Virus record (IMG/VR): IMGVR_UViG_3300029893_000001
Coordinates: 62,001-126,000 of that record
Reading direction: 5' to 3' (one strand)
Length of the DNA stretch: 64,000 bases
Shown here: one piece after another, positions 30,435 through 40,255 of the stretch
Layout of the letters: each line of letters begins with the position of its first letter
How positions within the stretch are numbered: position 1 is the stretch's first letter
Program-made: the position numbers and the translations under genes
The notes under the pieces: model-generated
Told to the model about the DNA's origin: nothing
The model's input: only the letters and a program-made list of their open reading frames with translations
Databases searched by the model: none

Positions 30435-31016
30435 TCATTGTGGCACCGACTGAGAAGCCCGAAATTCCTGTTCCGCTACCCAATCTAGAACATCCTGGGA
30501 TGCCTGCCAGAACAAGGCAGCTAGTTGGGGCGGAAGCTCGCCCTTCGAATTCAAGGCCGCAACGACTTCACGTCCGTGAAGCGCGTATTCTCGAATCCTA
30601 TCCGCAGACCATCCGGGAGGGCAGCGGACAAGGTCTCGCATGTTACTCGTCTTGTCCGCAGCCTTGACCAGCTTTGCGGCGTAGCTCTTCGCTGGCGCAC
30701 TCGACACCTGCGCTCGCTTCTGGGCATCTCGTGGCATGCTCGGATCGTCAGTTACTTCCTTAACGATCGAAAGCACCCTGTCGCCATACTTGAACCGGAG
30801 ATCCTCTTCTTTCGCGTCAGTGTCCTCCAACGAGTCGTGAAGGACGGCTGCGATAAGGACATCCTCGTCAGCCACACCACATTCCGCCAGTATTTGTGCG
30901 GCCTCCAGAGTATGCGTCACGTACGGAATCACCGTACGGTTCGCTGCCTTGCGTCGCATGTGGGCATGCTTAAGTGCAGCGAAGCGACAAGCTTCAATAA
31001 AACGAGGACTCGCCAT
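30435..31016 (-). CDS. HD hydrolase, SpoT/Mesh1-like small alarmone hydrolase
   Basis: PYVTH, AAVLHDSLEDT, EVTDD, VKAADK..N. Confidence 0.88.
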   Translation of the reverse strand: MASPRFIEACRFAALKHAHMRRKAANRTVIPYVTHTLEAAQILAECGVADEDVLIAAVLHDSLEDTDAKEEDLRFKYGDRVLSIVKEVTDDPSMPRDAQKRAQVSSAPAKSYAAKLVKAADKTSNMRDLVRCPPGWSADRIREYALHGREVVAALNSKGELPPQLAALFWQASQDVLDWVAEQEFRASQSVPQ

Positions 31017-31027
31017 GATGTCTCCCT

Positions 31028-31498
31028 TCAGCTATCAATTGCGTCCCGTGAATACATCAAGCGGTCCGCCTCACTTGGGTACTTTTTGAGCAGTTCGTGA
31101 AGCTGCTTCTTCTCAGACTCGGCTTTCTTCTGTGCCTCAGACTTCTTTCGCTGCAGGTTTCGTTCACGAGCGATTTCGCCTGCAATCATTTCCTTTTCGG
31201 TCTTTCGCCGGTAGCCAATCGCGGTGACTTGTACTTGGGTCTCTTCCCCGTAATCAATAGGGTAATCAGTCACTTGAAACGTAAGACCCTCCACCTTTTG
31301 GGCCTTCGCTTCCTTTTTCAGCTCTTCGATGAGCGGCTTTACCGACTCCCAAGCAGAGAGTTTGGAGGTTTGCTTCTTGATCTCCTGTACGGTTCCCTCG
31401 GCATAAAAGGACACGTCAAGAGAACCCCAGCGCTGCCTCTTCCACGTCTTGTATGTCTCTGCCGGAAATTCCGGAGGGCGCTTCTTTTCTTGTGCCAT
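31028..31498 (-). CDS. hypothetical protein
   Basis: 156 aa downstream of motif copy 6. Confidence 0.6.
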   Translation of the reverse strand: MAQEKKRPPEFPAETYKTWKRQRWGSLDVSFYAEGTVQEIKKQTSKLSAWESVKPLIEELKKEAKAQKVEGLTFQVTDYPIDYGEETQVQVTAIGYRRKTEKEMIAGEIARERNLQRKKSEAQKKAESEKKQLHELLKKYPSEADRLMYSRDAIDS

Positions 31499-31517
31499 TC
31501 ACAGTCCCTTCAATACG

Positions 31518-31537
31518 TACTATCGTCAGGGTTCAGC
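31518..31537 (-). promoter_or_regulatory. conserved 20-bp motif, copy 6
   Basis: GCTGAACCCTGACGATAGTA. Confidence 0.7.
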
Positions 31538-31792
31538 CCACCCCAACTCTCGAAGACGCTGGAGTTCATCCGCTTTGTCCCCGAGCTTTTGGCTCAGTTC
31601 TTCGACTTCAGTACTCAGCTTTTTGACACGTGCGAGCCAACAGGACTCACAAAGTTCGCTCTGCCCCAAAGTCGGAGACGACCCACATGTGGTCATGTCC
31701 CCACTATCCCAAACACGAGCGATGCAAGTATACGAAAGCTGTCGGACGGACTGCATAGGAACCTCCTGGTAGGTTCCTTTTACGGGCCCGGA

Positions 31793-33208
31793 TCATGTCC
31801 GTCGAATTGCGGACCCGTCAGCATGAACGAGGTATGAACCTGCGGTTATCATGTTGGAAGCGATTTCGGTGACCGGTACAAGTGTACCACATTCGTACGC
31901 TGTTCCCGCAACAATCGTTGGAGCCGTAATAATATGAACAGTCCCACCGCTCGTGGCCTTTACGGCTGTTCCTGTTCCAACGTCAACTGTCTGACCTCCA
32001 GTAAGTTGGATATCAGCACCACGCTGTGCGAGTACGCCAACGCCGTCAGAGGTGGACCGAATACTAGCGTCAATACGCAAACAAGCCCCAGTATACGTAG
32101 CCTGAATTACGGGGCTCGCTGCGGCCTCCACATCACTTGCCCCCGCATCTCCAAGGTAAAGCACGTGACGTGAAAAGTAGACGCTACACGCTCCGGATTC
32201 TCCGTTCCCCAACACGCGGATCCCATCAGTAATCCTGAATGCAAATACCTGTGCACGGGGGCAGCCCCACCAAACTGTTCGATGAGCATTTAAGCCCAGC
32301 AAATATGCACTAATACCAGTAAAGTGGAGATTGTTTGCGACCTGAACTAGGCCCCACGCGGCCCAGGAAGTGGCCGACGCTGCACCCAACTCCTGCCCAG
32401 CACGAGAAGCAATACCGTCGAGCTGAATGCCTGTGTCGCTCCCAACCTGAAGAGAGGAACCGCTTGGTGTTCCAGCGATCCAAACGTTAGTGGCTGCACC
32501 CACGATCTCAATGCCATGTAGACAAAGAGATCCAGTGAAGGAAATCTGCAGCGAAGCTGCCTGTGCGTCCACTTTGAGGTTAACCAGAACGAGGCCCTTA
32601 GCAGAATGTCTTAACCCCAAATTTTGAGCGCCGGAAACGGGATACCCACAACCTTCAGAAAGCATCCACGTATCTGTAGCACATCGAATAACGACAGCCG
32701 ACTCAGTAACTCGATACGCGCTTCCAGCGGGGACTGCTGCGCTGAATCCAACTAGAGGTATCAACGAGTTGCCTGTGTTCGTACGAAGAGTGCGCCTCTC
32801 CGTGGCCATAGCACCGTCAAGAATTTCTAATGTCTTGCCCCGAAGTACGTCATCTGCTCCAGTAGCCTCGTTCACAGTCTGGTTTAGGTTATTAGACGAG
32901 GACATCGTACCAGTGAGAAGCTCAACATAGTCTTCGCCAATCACATAGATATTCTCGTGGCAGCAGCGCGCATGAAAAAACGGAGGGTCATACCCAGCGC
33001 CTGGGTGGGCCTTAACGTGAATGAGCACAGGGTGCGTAACAACGAAGGGAATTCTCCTCTCAGCCTCAACGATTGTTGCGAGAGGAGAAGTTGCATCCCC
33101 TGTATTCGTGTCGGAACCAACAGCCGCGTCAACGTAAATGTCAACGCGCCCGTCTACTCGACTAACCGTGTAGGGAGAGATAGATATTGTAGACATCGTT
33201 CCCTGCAT
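31793..33208 (-). CDS. beta-helix/tail-fibre-like protein
   Basis: IYVD...GSD.NTG....PLATI.EA N-terminal motif; G/A/T/V-rich. Confidence 0.6.
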   Translation of the reverse strand: MQGTMSTISISPYTVSRVDGRVDIYVDAAVGSDTNTGDATSPLATIVEAERRIPFVVTHPVLIHVKAHPGAGYDPPFFHARCCHENIYVIGEDYVELLTGTMSSSNNLNQTVNEATGADDVLRGKTLEILDGAMATERRTLRTNTGNSLIPLVGFSAAVPAGSAYRVTESAVVIRCATDTWMLSEGCGYPVSGAQNLGLRHSAKGLVLVNLKVDAQAASLQISFTGSLCLHGIEIVGAATNVWIAGTPSGSSLQVGSDTGIQLDGIASRAGQELGAASATSWAAWGLVQVANNLHFTGISAYLLGLNAHRTVWWGCPRAQVFAFRITDGIRVLGNGESGACSVYFSRHVLYLGDAGASDVEAAASPVIQATYTGACLRIDASIRSTSDGVGVLAQRGADIQLTGGQTVDVGTGTAVKATSGGTVHIITAPTIVAGTAYECGTLVPVTEIASNMITAGSYLVHADGSAIRRT

Positions 33209-33233
33209 AGATAAGCAAGGAACGTTTTTTGGG

Positions 33234-33362
33234 CTAGCTTGCTAAATACCAAATGAAGCCTACCAGCCCAGCTCCTACGGCAAACGCAAGGATTATCACT
33301 GCCACCACTACACCGACTATACGACGAAGCGTAAAGCCAATCATATCAGGATCAACGCCCAT
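33234..33362 (-). CDS. 42-aa single-TM protein (below ORF-track cutoff)
   Basis: GGAGGA RBS; MGVDPDMIGFTLRRIVGVVVAVIILAFAVGAGLVGFIWYLAS. Confidence 0.65.
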   Translation of the reverse strand: MGVDPDMIGFTLRRIVGVVVAVIILAFAVGAGLVGFIWYLAS

Positions 33363-33381
33363 AAGTCCTCCTAATTCTGTA

Positions 33382-33464
<83 letters not shown>

Positions 33465-33471
33465 AAACGGC

Positions 33472-33494
33472 GAAAGCCCCGCCACGGCGGGGCT
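33472..33494 (-). terminator. terminator after Ro60
   Basis: AGCCCCGCC-GT-GGCGGGGCT-TTC. Confidence 0.6.
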
Positions 33495-33508
33495 CTCTAG
33501 CCTCATGT

Positions 33509-35149
33509 TCAGTCGAGCTGCATGCTCTCGATCTTCTCCACCCAGAACCGCGAGTCTGAACCCTGGCTGAAGGCGGAGATGACCTCAAACACTTGGTCGG
33601 AGAAGCCTCCGATGTTTAGCACCGAATTTCTCTCGTTTGGCACCTGAGTGGTCCCATTCGGTTGAACATCGATGCATACCAGCTTGCAGTCGGGGTTCTT
33701 AGCCTTGATCTGCTGCCAGATCGTCTCGCTCGCAGTGGCCGAGGCGCCGTACCAGTACGAGTACCTCTGCCGGTCCATCCACGACTCATTGTCAGAGACA
33801 ATGATGATCAGAGAAGGCTTGCTCCTCTGCCCAAGGATATGCTGGAAGCACGAGCTTACGTTCGTGCCGCCGCCTCCAATCGAGGCGAGTTTGTTTGCGT
33901 TGGTCATCACCGAATCCCTCGGGTTGAGGGACAATCTGGTGATAACCTGCTGCTCGAACGGAAGAACCTTTGCATTCGGAGAAGTGCGTAGAACAGATGC
34001 CGCAACTAGCGCAGCGACATCGATTACGCGGACAGAAGTCGTAGCGCCCTTACGGTGTCCCGTAACGGGCGAAGACATCGATCCGGACACGTCGGGGCAA
34101 ACCCAGACTTCGCCGTCGAACGCCGGAACGTTCTTGGTGGCGATCTCCATGGCATCCTGAAGAGCTAGCTTCAGCTCCATCGGGATGTCACTGTTTTTCT
34201 CCGTAGACTTGAACGCCATCAGGAGCTGATACGGGAATACCCGTGCCTTCCTGATTTCGTTCTCATCTCGAAGCTTGTCTGCAAGCTTCTTGACGACCGA
34301 AGCATCCTTTAACACACCGTGGCGTGCGAAGGTGTTCAGGTTCATCCGCACAAAGTGCCAACGACCGTTGAGAGCGATCTCTGTCCACTGCTTGGTGCCC
34401 AAGCTTAGCGCAGTGAGCATTTCGAACGGAACCTTCGGAACCTCGGCCGTCTTGGGAGACGACTTGAATTCCTCGAAGGACCGAATCAAGCGCGGTAGAT
34501 TGTCGGAGTTAGTCGCACCTTCCTTACCGAGTAGGTAATTGAAGGTAGCGTGCTTCTCTGCGTCAGAGCCGCTCTTGGGGCGTGCCAGGTGGATCACGTC
34601 CACAAGAGACGGGGAATTGCCGACGCTGTCACGGAAGATCTGCTCTGCAGTCCTTCGGTTGAACCAGTCCGCGATGACGGCCTTACCTGCGGTCCCAAAA
34701 GACTTACGACCAGTGACTCCAGATCTCACGATCTGTACGAAGTTGCGAAGCATCTTCGCATTGTCGATCGCGATGGGGAAGACCGTCTTGAAGAGACGAC
34801 GGTTCTCGGGATTCCCGTCCGCTGCACGAGCAAACAGGATAGCCGTCAAGAGAGCCGGCATGTCCTTCATAAAGGCGTTCTTTCGTGAGTAGATTGCCAA
34901 CTTCGCGAGGAAGCCGCTATCTACCTTCGACGCCATATCGAGGGTCTTCTTGAGCTGGTCCTCCGCCGACGCGTAGAACGTGCCGCTCAGCGTACCTGTG
35001 CAGGCATACTGCGCAAGTGCGCCGCGATGTCCGAGATCGTAAGCCAGGCCTCCTGCCTCGTTGCGGGTGGGTGCACCACTCGCATCGGTGGTAACAGGAC
35101 GCGGCTTCTTTCCACGCGGAGCAGAACCAAACAATTGCTTATTCGCCAT
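33509..35149 (-). CDS. rsr: Ro60 / TROVE-domain RNA-binding protein (Rsr orthologue)
   Basis: NEAGGLAY...GTFYAS, MLRNF, RMNLNT, FPYQL, vWA DVSGSM, GGTN, SDNE. Confidence 0.93.
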   Translation of the reverse strand: MANKQLFGSAPRGKKPRPVTTDASGAPTRNEAGGLAYDLGHRGALAQYACTGTLSGTFYASAEDQLKKTLDMASKVDSGFLAKLAIYSRKNAFMKDMPALLTAILFARAADGNPENRRLFKTVFPIAIDNAKMLRNFVQIVRSGVTGRKSFGTAGKAVIADWFNRRTAEQIFRDSVGNSPSLVDVIHLARPKSGSDAEKHATFNYLLGKEGATNSDNLPRLIRSFEEFKSSPKTAEVPKVPFEMLTALSLGTKQWTEIALNGRWHFVRMNLNTFARHGVLKDASVVKKLADKLRDENEIRKARVFPYQLLMAFKSTEKNSDIPMELKLALQDAMEIATKNVPAFDGEVWVCPDVSGSMSSPVTGHRKGATTSVRVIDVAALVAASVLRTSPNAKVLPFEQQVITRLSLNPRDSVMTNANKLASIGGGGTNVSSCFQHILGQRSKPSLIIIVSDNESWMDRQRYSYWYGASATASETIWQQIKAKNPDCKLVCIDVQPNGTTQVPNERNSVLNIGGFSDQVFEVISAFSQGSDSRFWVEKIESMQLD

Positions 35150-35219
35150 GGGACACCTCCAAATTGGAGTAGGGTTTAAAGACACAGAGCGTTAGCAACG
35201 ACCAACGCTCAAGAATAGT

Positions 35220-35349
35220 GCAGCGACAGGAAGTAAAGAGACTTGTTTTGTTTAGCTACTAGCCTTTTGGGCCGGTGGGACTTGAACCCACATTGAGAGA
35301 ATTTTGGTCTCTTGCTTTATCCGATGTAGTCCCTTTGAGCATTCGCTGC
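35220..35349 (-). ncRNA. Y RNA-like 1 (permuted tRNA-like module)
   Basis: GCAGCGAATG...GACTACA...T-arm GTGGG-TTCAAGT-CCCAC...CCTGTCGCTGC. Confidence 0.8.
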
Positions 35350-35353
35350 GATG

Positions 35354-35429
35354 AGCATCGCTGGGATTCGAACCCGGCTGGATTAGCCTACCAAGTAGAG
35401 GTGCATCCATCTACCCCCACTAACGATGC
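35354..35429 (-). ncRNA. atypical tRNA-like RNA with expanded anticodon region
   Basis: GCATCG/CGATGC acceptor, GGGTTCGAATCCC T-loop, TGGAT...ATCCA enclosing 21 nt. Confidence 0.55.
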
Positions 35430-35496
35430 AAATTGGAGCCTCCTTGGGATTTGCTGGTCAAGGTCGGCAGGAACACCAGATTCCGGAAGAATTAGT

Positions 35497-35570
35497 GCAG
35501 TGATAGGGAGTGTAGAGATGACGTGTTTTTCACCAAAAGAAAATGTAATCCCTACGAGCATTCACCCCGC
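35497..35570 (-). ncRNA. Y RNA-like 2 (short, no tRNA module)
   Basis: GGTGAATGCTCGTAGGGATTACA...ATCTCTACACTCCCTATCAC. Confidence 0.65.
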
Positions 35571-35576
35571 GATAGT

Positions 35577-35716
35577 TGGGCGACAGGAGATGAAGAGACA
35601 TCCATGGTTTTATGCTGCCGTTACACCACGTCCCCGCATGTGGGGACGCTAGGATTCGAACCTAGACCTCTTGCTTATCAGGCAAAAAAGATGTAGTCCC
35701 TTCGAGCATTCGCCCA
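35577..35716 (-). ncRNA. Y RNA-like 3 (permuted tRNA retaining a GAU anticodon hairpin)
   Basis: GGGCGAATG...TTGC-CTGATAA-GCAA, T-arm, looped acceptor CGTCCCC/GGGGACG, D-arm...CCTGTCGCCC. Confidence 0.82.
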
Positions 35717-35878
35717 GAAAATCGGCGCCCGTTAGGCTCTAATAGGGCGCCTCCGTCTTTTTCAGAGCCATACGGTCAGGATACCTGACCTTCAAAGACG
35801 TAGAGTCCCAGTTACACCAGCTTTGGTAGCTAGCTTGCTAAGCTACCGAGGTAGCTGTTGCGGAGGAACTCAGAAAAG

Positions 35879-36013
35879 TGCGACAACAGGAATTGGAGAG
35901 TGAGTTTTTCGCGTGCAACCCTTACACTTCCCCCGGATACATTCCAGGGGCCAGGACTCGAACCTGGTCCTCGTCCTCCCAATGGATGTACACCCTCCGG
36001 GGCATTTGTCGCA
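35879..36013 (-). ncRNA. Y RNA-like 4
   Basis: TGCGACAAATG...CCAGG-TTCGAGT-CCTGG...CCTGTTGTCGCA. Confidence 0.78.
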
Positions 36014-36046
36014 GAACTGTAGTTTTTCAGAGAACGAAGGCTAGCG

Positions 36047-36074
36047 AAACTAGCAGAACCAATGTGGCTGTCAA
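36047..36074 (-). promoter_or_regulatory. sigma70-like promoter for the Y-RNA/Ro60 cluster
   Basis: TTGACA-16nt-TAGTTT with TGn extension. Confidence 0.55.
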
Positions 36075-36107
36075 GAACTTTTTGACAGCTACTCTGTCTT
36101 TACAGAG

Positions 36108-36179
36108 TCGGCCGGGGCGGCTTCGAACCGCCGACCTCTACCGTGTCAAGGTAGCGCTCTACCCCTGAGCTACCGGCCG
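36108..36179 (-). tRNA. tRNA-Val(GAC)
   Basis: Cloverleaf, loop TTGACAC. Confidence 0.9.
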
Positions 36180-36188
36180 GTATAAGTC

Positions 36189-36217
36189 TAGAGTAGCAGA
36201 GGGACTAGGGCTGTCAA
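36189..36217 (-). promoter_or_regulatory. sigma70-like promoter
   Basis: TTGACA-16nt-TACTCT with TGn extension, upstream of tRNA-Val. Confidence 0.55.
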
Positions 36218-36419
36218 CGACGTTCAGCTTTCTTCCTGCTCGCAACGTAGCTAGCGAACGATTCTCTGTTCCCGCCAGCCGCTCCAGTCTCTGGCTTCTT
36301 GTCTTGCTCATCCTCACCAAGAACAAGGCGCAGCGTTTCAGGAATGATGCCAATCAATGCTGGAACAGACGCCAAAACCAACTGCTTAAAGAAGTCACGA
36401 TTTGGGTTGTCGCTAAGCA

Positions 36420-37001
36420 TCAGTCCGTCTCAGTATCAGCAGGGTTCAGCGCCTTCAGAAAGGCGCACACCTGTTTCCCGCGCTTGTCTAACTTCTTCGC
36501 TTTGATTTTGAATGAGGTGGAGTTCACCCCACCAAACATAGCCGCATTGCTATGAACCTCAGCGAGGGCCGACAAAAGCAGTGACACAGCAAATCTAGGG
36601 TTGGTCTCGCACAGGAAGTCAGCACACTCATCGTAGTTCATGGTGTGCATCTTCATGTCATTCCGGATCAAGAACGCAACGTCTAGGTCATCACTGACTT
36701 CAAGCCACGTACGGCAACTTACTTCAGCGTGATTAGGAAAGTGGACCCTACCCTGACTGTCCACCTCTTTACAGCGTGGCTTCCCGCAGTCGTGGAACGT
36801 AGCATACTCCTGCAGAATACTTTCCGGAAGTACCAGTGAGCGGAGTAGCTCCCTATGCTCAGACAGCCATAGAGGCACCTTCCACCGGGTTTGGTCTAGC
36901 GGCTGTCCGTCTAAGAATAGCAATAACTCGTTCAGGTGAGACCAAACAGACAGGCCGTGTTGCAGAATGGTCTGACCAGGAGTCTGTTCGCACGATTGCA
37001 T
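36420..37001 (-). CDS. HD-domain phosphohydrolase
   Basis: QH...FHDCGKP...HF..HAEVS. Confidence 0.75.
   Translation of the reverse strand: MQSCEQTPGQTILQHGLSVWSHLNELLLFLDGQPLDQTRWKVPLWLSEHRELLRSLVLPESILQEYATFHDCGKPRCKEVDSQGRVHFPNHAEVSCRTWLEVSDDLDVAFLIRNDMKMHTMNYDECADFLCETNPRFAVSLLLSALAEVHSNAAMFGGVNSTSFKIKAKKLDKRGKQVCAFLKALNPADTETD
36431..36450 (-). promoter_or_regulatory. conserved 20-bp motif, copy 7
   Basis: GCTGAACCCTGCTGATACTG. Confidence 0.6.
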
Positions 37002-37552
37002 CTCAGAAACTAGAGATACCTACTGCTTATCGTCCTTGTACATTGTTACCTCGTTGTATGGGCTAGCACGAGTCTGCTAGCGCACGTCTGCCGTTCTCAG
37101 TGATTTCGTAACGCAAATACGTTGCGTTAGGATCTATTTTGGCCCAGCCAAGCTCAGCGGCTACGTCATAGGCCGACAAAGGGTAGAGTTCGGGATTTCT
37201 ATCACGCGGCTCTACCGCGCCGTTTTTCGCCAAATCTTCAACAACCAGCCAAACACTACGTCGTTGGTCTATAGATAGCCGGCGCCCAGGAATTAGGGGA
37301 GGCGGCTTCATCCCTCACCCTCGTCTGCTTCAAGAGGGCTGAGAACCTTAGGAACGGTGCCTTCCTCGGCTCTCAAGTAGGCCAGGTGTTTCCCGCGGAC
37401 GTACACGTTAGCCTGCCATCCGTCACCTATGGAATAGGCAGCTCCCAATGTGTAGAAGGGAAATACCTTCTCCAGGCTTACACGGCCGTAGAATACAGGA
37501 GGCTCGTACGGAGTAAGCGAACAGGGTTGAGACGCCGACTCGTGATCTTTAC

Positions 37553-38671
37553 TCACATGTCCTCCGGAAGCCGGAAGGCGATGCCAACAGGGAATTGCGG
37601 CTTACCTTCATCTGTGAGCTTGAAGTACTTAACCTTGAGCATTTGTCCTACGTATGAGTCAGCCTCTTTCAACATTTGTCGACGCTCTTCCATTGAGCCC
37701 TTGATGACAACGTCGAACGTTAGGCTCTCATTATCTGGCATATGACAGATCCAGATCGGGCACTCTTTGAATCTCCCAACACCAGTCTTGTAGCCAATCG
37801 TCCTAAACTCTCCGTCAACGAATGATTTCACCTTCAGCAGTCGATTAGACCGGTAGGCAAACCGGTACCTGGAGCCGTCGTACATTCTAACGATGGCACC
37901 CTCATACCCCTCCTCAACTACCTTTCCATAGATTCGGAGGATCTCTTCTTCGGTGGTTGCCTCATAGGTATCTACTAGCCGAACAGAGTCACCGAGAGCG
38001 TCAGCGTGATTAGTCAAGAATTGGTGAAGAGCTTCATACCTAGTTGGCCACTCTGCCTCCAGATTGTCCAACACAACACAGTCGTAGCAGTTGTACGTGA
38101 TTTGTGAAGTGTTTGCCTGAAGTCTTTTAACCCAACTAGTGATCGTCTGGAGACTCTGCCCGTGGACGTACAGCTCTCCGTCTAGTACCAGGTTTGGGGG
38201 CAATACTGGCTTGAGGGCCTCGATAACGTGCGGAATGTTGTAGTCCTTGCCACCACGGGATAGTAGCTTGAGTTCTTCCCCGTCCCAGTAAGCCATGCAC
38301 CGCACCCCGTCCAATTTTGGCTGGACATCGCATGGATACGTATGGCCCTCTTTCTTTCGTCCCCTACGCTTTTCGAATTCCCCAGCCAGCATGGGAAGAA
38401 AGATCTCATCATTCTGAGCTTCGTCGAGTGACTTCCGATACTTCCTCTCGATTCGGTGAGTCCACATCGACTTGGCTTCTAGGTCAGCCTGTTGCTCAGG
38501 GGTGGTCTCGTTAGACTTACCAGTGTTCTTGGCCTCAGCCGTTTTCCTGGCAAGCTGCTTCTTCCCGTCAACCTGGCCGTACTCGGTAACGATGTCCGGT
38601 CCTTCGGTCCAAACTCGCCACGAATAAATGGCACCAGACGATCCGCGATGGAAAAGCGTGTCAAGTTCCAC
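37553..38671 (-). CDS. ATP-dependent DNA ligase
   Basis: PMLA, QPKLDGVRC, LDGELY, GYEGAIVR, LLKVK. Confidence 0.93.
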   Translation of the reverse strand: MELDTLFHRGSSGAIYSWRVWTEGPDIVTEYGQVDGKKQLARKTAEAKNTGKSNETTPEQQADLEAKSMWTHRIERKYRKSLDEAQNDEIFLPMLAGEFEKRRGRKKEGHTYPCDVQPKLDGVRCMAYWDGEELKLLSRGGKDYNIPHVIEALKPVLPPNLVLDGELYVHGQSLQTITSWVKRLQANTSQITYNCYDCVVLDNLEAEWPTRYEALHQFLTNHADALGDSVRLVDTYEATTEEEILRIYGKVVEEGYEGAIVRMYDGSRYRFAYRSNRLLKVKSFVDGEFRTIGYKTGVGRFKECPIWICHMPDNESLTFDVVIKGSMEERRQMLKEADSYVGQMLKVKYFKLTDEGKPQFPVGIAFRLPEDM

Positions 38672-38681
38672 TTAGTCTCTC

Positions 38682-38969
38682 CTAAAACTCAATCTTGAGA
38701 ACGTATTCGTAAGTGTTGTTACGCTGTGGCCAGCTCACACCAAGTCCAAACACATCCAGTGAAACCACCTCAAATGGGGTAGGCAATACGATAGGACTCA
38801 ACTCCCCGGGCTGAGAACTGACATACCTTTTAAGGTGCTCTCGTATAAAATCCTGCATCCACTGTCGGCACTGCGTCAGCGAAAAGCAGCGACAGTCAGG
38901 GTTAGAGCATTCAACCGAAAAACCGCTATTGTATGCCCCATCAGAATTACAGTAAGGACATGTACTCAC
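38682..38969 (-). CDS. zinc-ribbon protein (paralogue of 41813..42082)
   Basis: CPYC...AY.....VECSNPDC. Confidence 0.55.
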   Translation of the reverse strand: MSTCPYCNSDGAYNSGFSVECSNPDCRCFSLTQCRQWMQDFIREHLKRYVSSQPGELSPIVLPTPFEVVSLDVFGLGVSWPQRNNTYEYVLKIEF

Positions 38970-39442
38970 GTTTATTCCTCACCGCTCAAAACAAGCCTTG
39001 AGGGCGGAGTGAATCCAGCCCGCAGGCACGAGGCCACTATGTTCTGATACGCCAGCTCACGCTCAACTAGGTAAGCCTGCTGCTTCTCCTTAGTTGGGAA
39101 CTGAAGGGCCAATTTGCCGACCTCATACCCGTAATGAAGTTCGTCTTCAGTAAGTTGGCGCTTGGCGCCTCCCTGAGCTGCATCCTTGACTGCCTTCATC
39201 GCTGCCTTCGAACTCTGTCCCACGTAGACACAGGCTCGATCCATAGTTTGATATCTTCATCTCGAACGTCTGATACGTCTTCGGACGTCAGTAGAGTTAG
39301 TGCATCATCTACCGTGGATCTAAACCTTCTTACCACCTCTCCAGGGGGAGCTTTCTTCCACCATTCGGCACGGAGAAGTCGTTCGATTATGTCGTCCTTG
39401 AATCCCTTCTTGGGGGTGAACTTGTTCTCTTCGTCTGACATA

Positions 39443-39516
39443 CGTCCCCGGCAGGACTCGAACCTGCGACCTGCAGTTTAGGAAACTGCTGCTCTATCCG
39501 ACTGAGCTACGAGAAC
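39443..39516 (-). tRNA. tRNA-Arg(CCT)
   Basis: Loop TTCCTAA. Confidence 0.92.
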
Positions 39517-39518
39517 AT

Positions 39519-39592
39519 CGCTTCCGGCAGGACTCGAACCTGCGGCCTTTGGTTCCGGAGACCAACGCTCTAATCCACTGAGCTACGGAAGC
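39519..39592 (-). tRNA. tRNA-Arg(CCG)
   Basis: Loop CTCCGGA. Confidence 0.92.
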
Positions 39593-40255
39593 CTAACAAT
39601 CTTTGTACGCTAAAAAGTCTCTGGCAAACCGCTCTGGGTCGATTCTTTCGTCTGCAGCGAAATCATCACGAGAAAGCTCAGGATTAGCCTCAAATGTAGT
39701 TGAATGGTCAACTACGACCCCCCGAACCGGCTTCTTCTTAAGCGCCGTAACTAGCTGCACGTATGAGCTATTTCTTTGGCTAGGAGAAGAACAAGTAAAA
39801 ACGAATCGTGACAGGCTCTCGGCCTTCTTAATTAGTCGATCTGCCTCTGGTGTGAGCCAGTCAATCTCATCAATGAAAACAGCATCGAATCTGATAGACG
39901 TGTCATCTTCTAGAAACTTCCGTACTGAGTACGTATGAAAGCAAGCGGGCAAGTCCGACAAAGAAAGTGGTGCCACATGTAGTTTGAGGGGAGTGAAGAA
40001 ACATGCATTTACCTGGGTCGCCGCGCCTACTACAGCAATCTGGTGTGTCTTCCATGGGTCTAGACCCAGAAAATCTAGACAGATGATGGGCGCAAGATGC
40101 GTCTTTCCAGCCCTCTGTCCCCACAACACATGAACTGAACTGGCCTTACGTGCTAGTCGCCTGATTTCAAGCTGTCTGTCCCGAAGACCCAAGTCATTCG
40201 ACAGAAATCCATTGAGACCGGCGTGCAAGAATGTGTCGCTGGGATTAGTAGTCAT
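39593..40255 (-). CDS. stand-alone terminase-like P-loop ATPase domain
   Basis: WGQRAGKT, FIDEID, SSP, TFEANP. Confidence 0.6.
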   Translation of the reverse strand: MTTNPSDTFLHAGLNGFLSNDLGLRDRQLEIRRLARKASSVHVLWGQRAGKTHLAPIICLDFLGLDPWKTHQIAVVGAATQVNACFFTPLKLHVAPLSLSDLPACFHTYSVRKFLEDDTSIRFDAVFIDEIDWLTPEADRLIKKAESLSRFVFTCSSPSQRNSSYVQLVTALKKKPVRGVVVDHSTTFEANPELSRDDFAADERIDPERFARDFLAYKDC

